DNA from: Convolutriloba macropyga | Lineage: Eukaryota | NCBI RefSeq assembly: GCF_964194025.1 | Contig: NC_134473.1 | Span: 65,782,001 to 65,846,000 of the forward strand | Direction: 5' to 3' | DNA: 64,000 nucleotides | Shown here: positions 24,637 to 35,349 of the stretch, in pieces | How positions within the stretch are numbered: the first letter of the stretch is position 1 | How the letters are laid out: every line of letters starts with the position of its first letter | The notes under the pieces: generated by a model | What the model was told of the DNA's origin: nothing | Seen by the model: only the letters and a program-made list of their open reading frames with translations | The model's database searches: none | Program-made: the position numbers and the translations under genes

Positions 24637-25024
24637 TCAACAACTCTTACATGTTGTCAACAGGTTCCCACACCTAAAGTTCAAATACCTCGGTTCCTTC
24701 CCTGCAGACCTTCGACCGAAAAATTTACCTACAAACACGTTTTGTATAATCAACATAGATCCATCTACTCAACCGGGCTCCCACTGGATTTTGCTTGCAA
24801 ATAAAAATGGAAAGTTGTTCTACGGTGATTCGATGGGAGAAGTTTTGGAAAAATATGGCATCAGGACAAGAGCAAACTTTGGTTCACTAGTACAGGAGAA
24901 ACTCCAAGATTCAGAATTGTGTGGTTTATATGTTATTTATTTTGCACATGTGTTATTTTCCAAAGTCTCATCTAAATATTTAAATGATTTTCATATATTG
25001 AAGTTCTTTGCTGATGTTTTGTAA
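24629..25024 (+). CDS. PRO: Adenain-like cysteine maturation protease
   Basis: YLGSFPAD, INIDPSTQPGSHW (His), YGDSMG (Asp), LQDSELCGLY (Gln/Cys). Confidence 0.93.
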   Translation: MDNQQLLHVVNRFPHLKFKYLGSFPADLRPKNLPTNTFCIINIDPSTQPGSHWILLANKNGKLFYGDSMGEVLEKYGIRTRANFGSLVQEKLQDSELCGLYVIYFAHVLFSKVSSKYLNDFHILKFFADVL

Positions 25025-25262
25025 GTTTTGAAAACCAAAATCTTGAAATTTTTAAACAGTAATCCGTAAAATGTTGCAAATGGTTTTCAAAACTTTCTAT
25101 TGAGGTTTTGTGATTTTGTATTTAATTATTTGTATGTGTATTTGTATCTAATTCAGTTATTTCAAAAAAAGGTCTTTTGTTGAAAAGAGATTTTGGTAGG
25201 AAAACTGTGAATTAAAAACATAAGTAAAGAGGCGATTTAAATATAAGATTAATGAAAACGAG

Positions 25263-28200
25263 TTATATATCTAAAGGAGTAGTGTGAATACCATCTTCAC
25301 AGACTTTACGCTTGGGATAAAAATATGAAAGTCCCACTTTCTTTAGTTCATAGGTACAAACTTTCTTGTTGTCAACAACTCTGAAGCCACGATTTGTTGA
25401 ATAAACTCGCTCCTCATTGAACAGAACTTTTCTATATTTGTTTAGTGGCTCCTCAATGTTGCTCTTGTTGAGTCCTTTACTTGATAGTTTAACTGTGTCT
25501 GTTTCCTCATCGTAACAGCAATACGTCTTTGAACAAAGAGCAATCATTTCAGAGCATCTAAATTCTTCCTTAAAAAGTCCAGGAGTTCTCTTGTCAAAGG
25601 CAGCATGTTTTCTGCAACATTCTCGTGGGAAGAAATTGCTGCTAGAGTTTGCTGGAAAGTTATCATTGCAGTCGCTCTGTCTCATCCAGTACCACACTGA
25701 TCGCATTTCTGGTCGAATGATGTCGTCAATTTTTTCTTCACTAAGGGCCATGTAGAGACTGTCAGTATCCATTTCAATGAGTTCGTACTTGTTCTTATCA
25801 CAGAAAGGGGTGAAGAAGTTGTATTTAAGTTGTAACATGGTGAGTTTGGCGTACTGGAGGATGAAGAAGCCTACAATTATTGGTTCTTTATGATCGATAC
25901 GCGACTTGCTCATTTCTACCTCAAATATCTGCTCTGGTAGCTCATTCATAGTCTTGAAAAATCTATTGTTAATAAATTTGTCCACCTGTGAGCCTTTCAC
26001 GTACTTGGTGTTCGTATGTCGACTACGGTCCATGATCTGATATCCATACGAACTGTTTCCAATCAGCTTCATTGTCTCCGCAACGACTGTTGACTCCTTA
26101 TTCTGGTCTCCTTCGCGGCGGGCATCGACAACATTCTGAACAAATGTCTCAAAGCAGCGCCGGGGAGTGTATTGGAGAAACCAAAAGACGTCTTTTAGGA
26201 TCACACCTTTTTCTATATAAAATAACAAATGTGGTGTAATAACTGGTCCTCGTTCAAGCTTGAAACTGGAAATGAGCATTTTTCTGGGTCTGGATAGTAA
26301 TTTGTTGCGTATTGCAAACTCTTTCATATGGTCCCCAATATCATCTCGTCCAACTTCACAATTCTTGAAAATTGGAGGAAAGTCTTCAAAGTAAGGATAC
26401 ATTTCCTCTGGAACTTGAAGACTACAATCGACGACACCAAACAGTTCTCCACGTTTAATTTTCTCAATGAGCGAGTTTTTGTTCATCGATGGTTGGAAGG
26501 GATAATTTGACTTGAGAAAGTCTTTAACCCCATTTGTGTTTTCGCTCCTCCACTTCTTCCATTGACACTCCCAGATCTCTTCAACATTCAACCCCAATCC
26601 CTTCAGGTACTCTCTTCTATCATTGTCACGTTCTCTCCGCTTCAATCCGCTTTCTATGTCCTCGAAGAGAAGCGGTTTTTCCTCTTGACACGGACAAAAA
26701 TGAAAGAAGCAACCCATCGCTTCAAAAACCGTGTTGCATTGGTTACAAAACCCATCAACTAAATAAGGACCGAGCTTCTTTTGTTTCTTGTGTGTGAACT
26801 GGGTTTGTATTTTACAATTGGGGTGAACCTGTTGGAAGCAGTCCATGACCTGCTGTTCAAAGTAGCTTCTCCAGTTCCTGTTCGGATGAAATTTTTCAGT
26901 CTCTTCATTGTACTCCCACTTTGTATAGGGTCCTGTTGGCATCTCTTTTGTCATGGAAAAAGGGTACAACTGACTGGCATCTATTCCGACGATGGACTTG
27001 CAAACGTTTTCTGACTCTCGAATTTTTGTTTCACCAACTTTTGCATACCTTGTAAAGATAATTGAGGGTCCCCCTGTTAGCCACTTTCGAATGTAATTAT
27101 CATATTCTTTATCCTTCTCACAAAACGGAAAAAAAGCTGCATCTGTTGACGAATGAAGGAACCTGTTTGCCAAGTTGGGAAGAGTTTAGCCCAACTTCAA
27201 CATGTCTACTTGTCTTGAGTGGTAAAAACTGATCATTTTCTTCATAGCCTCAAGTGTAGGTTCGACATCTTTGTTATTGTACCACATGAGGAAGTCACGA
27301 AACGTCTGCATACCTTTTCTTTCCCATATATTTTGAAGCTCCAAGTAATTTTCTTCGGCATTTTGTGGAACTTTCTTGAGTCTCAACTTCTTCAAAATTT
27401 CATCCTGCTCCATTCCACCGTTTTTCAATTCCACAAACTTATCGTAATCGACTGAAAGAACGTTGTGATTCTTCAACTTGCTCCAAAAGCTGTCAATTGG
27501 TGGCAGTTGGGATACATTCAATTTTTCAACACTGTCGAACCATTCATAGGGGAAGAAACCTTTCTCTTCACTCGCTCCATAGGCTTTTAGGAAATTATCC
27601 AGAGTTGTCGCTCCTCCCAGGAAGTTTAAAATGTCCAGAAACTGTAGACCAAGAAAATTCATGCCAATATATTTATTCCCCATTCGAATCACTTTAGGAA
27701 TAACGGTTTTTTCTATTAAGAGGTGATGCAGAAGATACTCTTTGATTAAGTTCAAATCGTACCTCGAACTGTTGAACCCAAACACAGGAATGGTGCTGTA
27801 ATAGTGCTCAAAATCTTGTCTCAAGTTTGATAACATCTTGAGCTCACATCTCAGTCTCTGAATTTCAATGTCTTCATCTTCCTCTCCATCAGGTTCCGCC
27901 TCGTTGTCAATTAGGTCTTCCGCTCCGGTGGGTACCTGCTTGTCTTTCACTGGAACCAATTGTCGAACAGTCCAATATTTTTCTTCCAATTCCAACACGA
28001 AATTATTGAGTTTTTCCTTCATTAGAAGCGTGCTTTTTTCTGCTATATTAGTCAAGCTGGAAACAAAATCACGGATTAGTTGAAGCGGATATTCGTTGCA
28101 TATAAATATTGGATCGGAGAGTAGATTTGAAGATATTGACACACTAATTGGGACATGTTTTCCTATCCACGAAGTTAATTCTGTGTTTTTGAGTGTATTG

Positions 28201-29593
28201 TCGGGGACCGTTATTGACTCGAAATCGAATACGATAAGATTACAAAACAATCTCAGCTCTTGCGGAACATTAATTTTTACATCTTCCAAGCGCTCGAAAA
28301 TAGTTTCAGATAACTGATAGTCTGCTGTTGGATATTTGTGTTTTGTTCTGTCTGAGCAATCCCTCATGTGGACTTCCAAATTATTTGATCTATCGAAAAA
28401 GTGATCGCATACGTAGCACCGGAACTTTTTGAGGAATTTGTTGATGTTTGCTGTCCAACAAATGTGGTTTTCATATCTCAGTAACGAAGTTGTCTTTGTA
28501 TATTTCATCGAGGAGCGACGAGTAAGTTCAGCAAGCATTTCCGATTGTTCGTCAAAAAATATTGAGTAAACTTGAATGTTTCTGTCAACTAGTGCCTCAA
28601 GAACAGGAATATCGTCCTCATGTATTCCTGGAAAGGTTTCGTCATCTCTCCTTGTTGCTGTGAGAAACGTCTGCATCAATTCCATTGTTTTTTGTTGTAA
28701 CTGAACACTACCGTACAAATCGTAAGACAATGCACGGAACATACACAAGTTGTCTTGGTAGGGCTTTTTTTTCCGCAATCCGAAACAAAACACTTAACGT
28801 GCTTGTTCTTGAGCAAAACAGATGGAATGTTTTGAGCAATACAGCCTAGAGGAACACCACTGAGGAGAAATACAAAGAAAGTGACATTTGTAAAGCAATA
28901 AAACTTCCATTTTGTGTCTGGACGTTGATTGATTAGATTTGGTAAAATTTCATTTTCTCTCAGCTTTGATTTAATATAATTGAGATCTGAGTCATCAGAG
29001 AGAACCATCGGATTTAAAAATATGGGGTTGTTATCTGCTGCGTAGTAGTAGCGAAACTCTTCAGGATTTTGCACACTCTGCAGCACGAATCCAAACGAAA
29101 TACTGATTTTAGCTGAACTGGGTAACTCGTTGTAAACACAATCCAATTTTTCTATCACTGTTTCATGATTGATTTCCATTATTTTGAAGTTGTGAACTTT
29201 CTTTCGGGACAATTCAAGAACCGAGTCTCGCAGAAAGTGTTGAACCGTTTGAAGTTCACTGTGAAGAGCGGGAGATTCTCCATAGATAGATAAGTCAACT
29301 TCCTCGTAGGTGCTAAGAGTTGAACGTTGGTGACTTTTTTTTTTGTGATGAAGGAGTTGATAATACGTAGAGAAGGATAGGAGACAGCTGCTACAAGAAA
29401 ACTTCTTCTTGATAATCAGAGACGGTGCATGTACAGAAGCAATGTGTTTCTGCAATTTTGCTTCGTCCGGAAATGACTGTGAGCATTGTGAACATCTTTT
29501 TGCGTGTAGCTTCTGATGTCTGCTCATGTTGGATTTCATAATAAGCTTATTGCAGGAAGAACACTGTTCCTTTGGGTTAGAATATCTGGGCAT
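25263..29593 (-). pseudogene. POLB: Protein-primed family B DNA polymerase (~1440 aa) with N-terminal C2H2 fingers; one frameshift and one nonsense codon
   Basis: Exonuclease motifs FDFES, GFNSSRYDL, YNNKDV. Polymerase motifs IDASQLYPFSM, KLIGNSSYG, EMDTDS. Frameshift in T8 at 28765-28772; in-frame TAA at 27186-27188 within MLKLG*TLPNLAN. Confidence 0.95.
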
Positions 29594-29779
29594 TTTCGCT
29601 GAAAATCAAAATAAAATGTAAGATTGGAAGTGAGAAACGAGGAGTACAAAAATATTGTTAAAATGAAATTTGCGATGGAATAAAAATTTGTCAGAAGTTG
29701 GAATGATTATTGTACTCAATTGCACTCAATTCGGTAAACCTGGAAAGAGAACATAAACGGAAATGAAAAGTCCTTCATC

Positions 29780-29975
29780 AAATATGGCGTAATTATGTCA
29801 TAATGACGTAATTTTGTCGTTTTTACGGCATAATGACAACACTATGACGTAATTTTGACGTTATTATGACGTAATTATGACAACACTATGACCTAATTGT
29901 GACGTGCTATGTTAATGTGATGTTATGATTAATTGTGACAATAATATGGTGACTAATTGGATAATCACGTGAGAA
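29780..29975 (-). promoter_or_regulatory. Cluster of ATGACGTAAT/TGACGT (ATF/CREB-type) motifs upstream of pPolB
   Basis: Three ATGACGTAAT copies plus TGACGT variants and TCACGTGA, ~190-380 bp upstream of the pPolB ATG. Confidence 0.4.
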
Positions 29976-30051
29976 TTTTATGATTTTTAATGGTTTTTTG
30001 TAACCAATAATTGGAAATTTATTCTTACCTCCCAAAAACAAGTTTCAATAA

Positions 30052-30820
30052 TAGCAAACTTACCAGTTTGTTTTTGGATTTGGAAGCGAAGTGAAGTGTT
30101 GCAATATCTACTATTGGGGGAAGTTGTGGCTGGCTAAAATGGTCCAGTTGAAATACAGTAACAAAAGAAGATTTCTATTAGTTAAATTTGTTTGCTTACC
30201 CGCTTCAATACTGCAAGTTTTTAACTTGGAACTCTTCTTGCTGCAAGCAGAAAGAAACGAAGACTATCTGAAGAAACGATAAATTAAAATAGAATTTTGA
30301 TCAACTGACTTTTAGAAGTTGTTTGAAATAATGAATAGGAGTAGTGGCTTGGGAATAGGAGCAGTGGCTTAATAAAAGCAAACTTACCAGTTCGTTTTTT
30401 TTTGGATTTGGAAGCGAAGTGAAGTGTTGCAATATCTACTCTTTGCGGAATATTTTGGCCGGCTAAAATGATCCAGTTTAAATACAGGAACAAAGGAACA
30501 TTTCTTTTAGTTGAAATTGTTTGCTTACCCGCTTCAACACTGCAAGTGTTCAACTTGAAACTGTCAACAAGGAGAAAGAAACAAAGTCTATCTGAAAACT
30601 GTCAACTTGAAACTGTCAACAAGGAGAAAGAAACTGTCAACTTGAAACTGTCAACAAGGAGAAACAAACAAAGTCTATCTGAAAACAAAAAGATAAATTG
30701 AAACTGTCAACAACGAGAAAGAAACAAAGTCTATCTGAAAACAGAAGTTAAATTGTATTAGAATTTTGACCAACTGATTTTTAGAATTTGTTTTGAAATA
30801 ATGAATGGGAGTAGTGGCGG
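30052..30820. repeat. Subterminal tandem duplication (~325 bp) and short microrepeats in the Polinton right arm
   Basis: agcaaacttaccag...gaagcgaagtgaagtgttgcaatatctact at ~30052 and ~30377; ttgaaactgtcaacaaggagaaa repeated across 30550-30750. Confidence 0.8.
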
Positions 30821-30849
30821 ATGAATGAGTAATCCAAACTAATTTGTTA

Positions 30850-32247
30850 TTGAGGGATTATCTTGCTAATCCCTTTCGTGTGAACAGCTTGGGTATCATG
30901 CTGTGCGGTACATTTTTGAAAATCACGTAAGTCGTACATAACTGTGAGTCATCATATCTAATGTAATATTTAAACATTTTATAGCTAATCCCCTTCGTGT
31001 GAACAGCGTGTGTATCATGCTGTGAGGTACGTTTTTGGAAATTTACATTATTAAAGTGTAAAATGGTAGGGGGACAATGACCTTACTGATTTGTTGTTAA
31101 AGCACTATCTTGCTAATCCCCTTCGTGCGAACAGCTTGGGTATCGTGCTGAGAGGTACGTCTTTGGCATTAGTAAAGTGTAATATGGGATGGTTAAATGA
31201 CCTTACAATTTTGTTATTGAGGTACTATCTTTCTAATCCCTTTCGTGTGAACAGCTTGGGTATCATGCTGTGAGGTACATTTTTGAAAATCACGTAAGCT
31301 GTACATAGTGTAAATGAGTCATCTTATCTAATTTAATATTAAAACATTACCTAGCTAATCCCCCTTCGTGTGAACAGCTTGGGTATCATGCTGTGAGGTG
31401 CATTTTTGAAAATCACGTATAACGTACGTAACTGTAGATGAGTCATCCTACCTAATTTAATATTAAAACATTACCTAGCTAATCCCCTTTCGTGTGAACA
31501 GCTTGTGTGTCATGCTGTGAGGTACATCTTTAGAAATTGACATTAGTAATTTGTAATATGGTAGGGGGTCAATGTCCTTACTAATTTGTTGTTAAGGCAC
31601 TGTCTTGCTAATCCCCTTCGTGTGAACAGCTTGGGTATCATGCTGTGAGGTACACTTTTGAAAATCACTTAAACCGTACGTAAGTGTAAATGAGTCACCC
31701 TATCTAATTTAATATTAAGACATTACCTAACTAATCCCCTTTGAGAGAACAGCTTGGGTATCATGCTGTGAGGTACGTCTTTGGAAATTTACATTATTAA
31801 AGCGCAATATGGGAATGAGTAAGCCTTACTAATTTAATATTAAGGGATTAACTTGCTAATCCCCCTCGTGTGAACAGCGTGGGTATCAAGCTGTGAGGTA
31901 CACTTTTGAAAATCACTTAAACCGTACGTAAGTGTAAATGAGTCACCCTATCTAATTTAATATTAAAACATTACCTAACTAATTCCCTTTGAGAGAACAG
32001 CTTGGGTATCATGCTGTGAGGTACGTCTTTGGAAATTTACATTATTAAAGTGCAAAATGGGAATGAGTAAGCCTTACTAATTTAATATTAAGGGATTAAC
32101 TTGCTAATCCCCCTCGTGTGAACAGCGTGGGTATCAAGCTGTGAGGTACGTCTTTGGAATTTGAGCGAAAATGGGCTATACCTAATCTTAATACATAGGT
32201 ACTTCCTTTTACCCCCCCCCCCCCTGATCTGCTTAACTATTACTACT
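30850..32247 (-). repeat. Right TIR with 11 copies of the same core
   Basis: Reverse-complement core gctaatcccc...gtgaacagcttgggtatcatgctgtgaggtac repeated from ~30865 to ~32149. The terminal ~350 bp is nearly identical to the left end. Confidence 0.93.
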
Positions 32248-32469
32248 GACAATATAGAATTCTAGACTTCAAGTTGAATGATTGAAATTTTTTTAATCAA
32301 AGACAGTACTCAAATTTTCTCCAACAATGATCCAGGATAATTCGAAGAAACCCATTCGGTGCTAGGAAACAAAAATTGGTTTGGCCCCGCCCCAGTGTTT
32401 TTCTGACCGACAGTTGACTTTTTTTATTATAACTTCAAGACAAAGCTATACCAATTTTTACGATCAACA

Positions 32470-34555
32470 TTTATCACAAAGCTATAGGATGTCTGCATAC
32501 ATCTTTGCAATGGGGAGTCTTTGCATTGGAGTGTTATTGGGGTGTATTGTTTGGACAACTTATCATTGTGCCTCTTTTTCACGTGGTTGTCTTCGTATTG
32601 CTAGTGTTCTGTGTGTTGCCTTCACGGTTCTGACAGTGATGATTTCTGTATCAGCTCCCACAGTGAATCTACGGTTCTTTTTCACGAGCTGCGCAGACTT
32701 CCTTGGAATTTATACCCCCCCCCCCTCCCCCCCGCGTTTGACGACTACTGGGATCTTTTGTGCTGCGTCTCTTCCCATCTGCTTATTGACAGCCCTCTAC
32801 GTCGTCTGCTCTTTCGTTCTTGAAGTGTTTGTTCCTGAAGTCTACTCTCGTAGCACTATTATTGCCGTCACTGCCTACAGCGGTGTCAATTAGTTTTGCT
32901 GTGGTGCTGTCTTTCTCTTTGACAGAGATCCGGTTAGAACCCTTCTTGTCCACATTTCAATTTCTTCTTTCGTGACCAGCTGCTCTGATTGCTTCCCCAA
33001 ACGGTCTGCATTGAAGTCTGACTTTACCGTGTCGTCGGATTCGTGCCCCCACCTAATGTGCGGACATGCTTGGTTTATGTGCGCGAGACTCATAGGTTGT
33101 GCATCCTGCATTGCACCATTAGTTGAGCGCTGCTGCGTCATCTTCGAGTTCTTGCGGATCTTCTGTGCTCTGATGTAGTTTTATCCAGAGCGTAGGCCGG
33201 GCCCTTGTTATAAACTAGCCTGCTGTGCTCACACTGTCTCTACTCTGTTTCATGTACCACAGTTTCGTCTCGTCTTATTCTGACAGTTTGTTGGTGTTGT
33301 CAGTATGTATCTCGCGTTTTGTGTTCGTTGTCTGAGTCAGGAGATCGGTGTTGCCATACTTCTCGCATCCATTTCTCCATCTTTGGTAGGAGCGTGGACG
33401 TTTTTCTGAGGAGTTTTTTCCAGATTTCGTATCGAATACATCGTTACATTGATAAATCAGCTTCTTCTGTCTATGGACAAACCAGCTGACTAGCCTTGAC
33501 TTACTTTTCCTAGCTTAAGGAGGGTTTCAACTTCACTGTCTGGCCCAGTTGCTTTGTCTGTCGAATGATTCCGTTGTCTTCTTACCTGGGTTTCTAGCAT
33601 TTCCTCATCGAAGGGCTCAGTCCCTGTCAGTTGCACTTTGATTACATGACTGGTGGTACAGATTTCTACCATGATTGCTTGCCAGTACTAACTTCTTTCG
33701 CTGTGGCCAAATGGGGGCTGGAGGAAGGTTTCTCAATTTCTCCGGAGCTGATGTGTTTGAGGAGTCTTTTTCCTTCTTTCAGAGATTGTAGCAGAAGGCG
33801 TAAAAGTAGCGTCGTATTTCTACTCGAAGGCCTCTTTATGGGCGTTTGTTCTTTCTTTCTACTCACAAGCTGGAAATTTTTACTCTTATTTGGAAATGGC
33901 CGTGATGAACTTGTGTAATTTTGTTGTCTCATCGTGGACCTCTCTAAGATTCAGGTGGATGCCATAGATTAACTCAAACCAAGTGTGACTGGTTTCGCTT
34001 GTGATTTCAACGTCCTCGATCCTTGGTTCTATTCTATCGAAATCAATGAGATCTCTCTGAACTGCCGCTGTGCTCTGTTCTTTTCCTTTGTCCCTTCTTT
34101 GACAGCACTTCTATTTATAGCCCAGTGAACGCTCCCGTCATTTTGTCAATCACATTCCTTCCCGTGTTTATGAGTCGTGCTTCTCTTGTCATTAGTTCGA
34201 TTTCATCAGCTGTCCTTATGGCGTTCACAGGCGTTTTCGGATCAGAGTGCATCTGGAAGCTGGAGACCACTATATTTGCTAACTGAAACAACAACTGCAT
34301 GTGAACGTGGCCCCCTTTGATGATGTTGATTTTCTGGCTTTTCGTTCACCTCGGACTTTGTTAATGTTTCCGCACTCAATCTTTTTGCTAGACTTCGGGG
34401 TGCTTCTGATGTCTGATCTACTTCGCTCGACGCCTCTGCTTGACCTTTGCGTGCTTATGACTACTTTCAACATGCTCTTACGTGTCTCCTCAGTGCTACC
34501 TTGTTGCCACAATTTGAGAGAATTGGACAAGTGAGCAGTTGGCTACTGTAATATT
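32470..34555 (-). mobile_element. Highly decayed, internally deleted R2-like (RLE) retrotransposon, copy c
   Basis: Minus-strand CCHC remnant CNAGCTTYESLAHINQACPH...RIRRH (~33030-33120) and RLE-like PDL...LIDTAVGSD (~32860-32935). Ends approximate. Confidence 0.6.
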
Positions 34556-34580
34556 CAACACAGTCAACTATGACCCAGAA

Positions 34581-34667
34581 GGGAGTTATGACTCTCAAGG
34601 AAAGATGACTCTAAGAGAGTCATAGTGATTCCCTCCTGTGTGCTCCGAGAGTTATAGTAACTCCCGC
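34581..34667 (-). other. Paralogous cassette of 28S R2-target-like sequences upstream of R2 copy c
   Basis: gggagttatgactctcaagg / taagagagtcatagtgattccc / gagagttatagtaactcccgc. Confidence 0.8.
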
Positions 34668-35349
34668 GGAACTCCCGTGTTATGATTGCCTAGAGTAAGC
34701 TAAGGTTTTACGAGTATTCGTTTGAATGTTTCCATCCGATACTTACGAGAGCGGCTTCTTATATCAAAATTTTGATTTTCCAGCGCTTGTTCATCTGGCT
34801 TTCACTGTCGTTTTCTGTTCAGAGAAGAATTGGTCTTCATGTCATCTCCTTTTGGAAGTTGGAGACCCCTATACGTGCTGTAACTGACGCCTCCAACTGC
34901 ATGTGAACACGACCTTCTTTGCTGAGGTCGATATCTCCTGGGCTCTTCGCTCACTTCGGACTTTGTTGATGTCTCCGCGCGCAACCCTAATGCTAGACTA
35001 TTGGGCTCACGTGTCTTCTTTCCGCAGGCTCTCACATTGGCTCGTCAGTGATCCTTGTTGCCAGCTGGCTACTTGAAGATCCAATGTTCTCATGCCGGGA
35101 GCTGTTTCCTTGCTAGCCATATTTTCTTTGCTTTGATTGTCATGTGAGTTTGGTAACCGATCACTGCTGATCACATCGCATATGCAGAAGATTGCGACCT
35201 CTACACTCTTTCAGTGCGATCTAGAGGAAGGTGGTGTCTCTGGTCTCATGCTCCATGCAGTTTTGAGGTTCTGCGTCATGATTGGCTGGAGTCAAATAAC
35301 GATATACGTGTTCTCGTTCGCATCGTACTTTTTTTTGCAAACACTAAAT

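Larger units (their letters stand above)
16149..32247. mobile_element. Full-length Polinton/Maverick (adintovirus-like) element, 16,099 bp
   Basis: Termini 5'-AGTAGTAATAGTTAAGCAGATCAGGGG... and ...CCCCTGATCTGCTTAACTATTACTACT-3'. 6-bp TSD GACAAT at 16143-16148 and 32248-32253. Encodes pPolB, integrase, ATPase, adenain and capsid proteins. Confidence 0.97.

Noticed and set aside
19419-27188. Programmed stop-codon readthrough or alternative genetic code in the Polinton
   Set aside because: The internal stops are mixed (TAG, TAG, TAA), and the same codons terminate intact genes. Simple decay explains them.
32381-32893. 170-aa hydrophobic + strand ORF
   Set aside because: Antisense to the 3' part of R2 copy c, starts at TTG, and its poly-Pro comes from a C-run.
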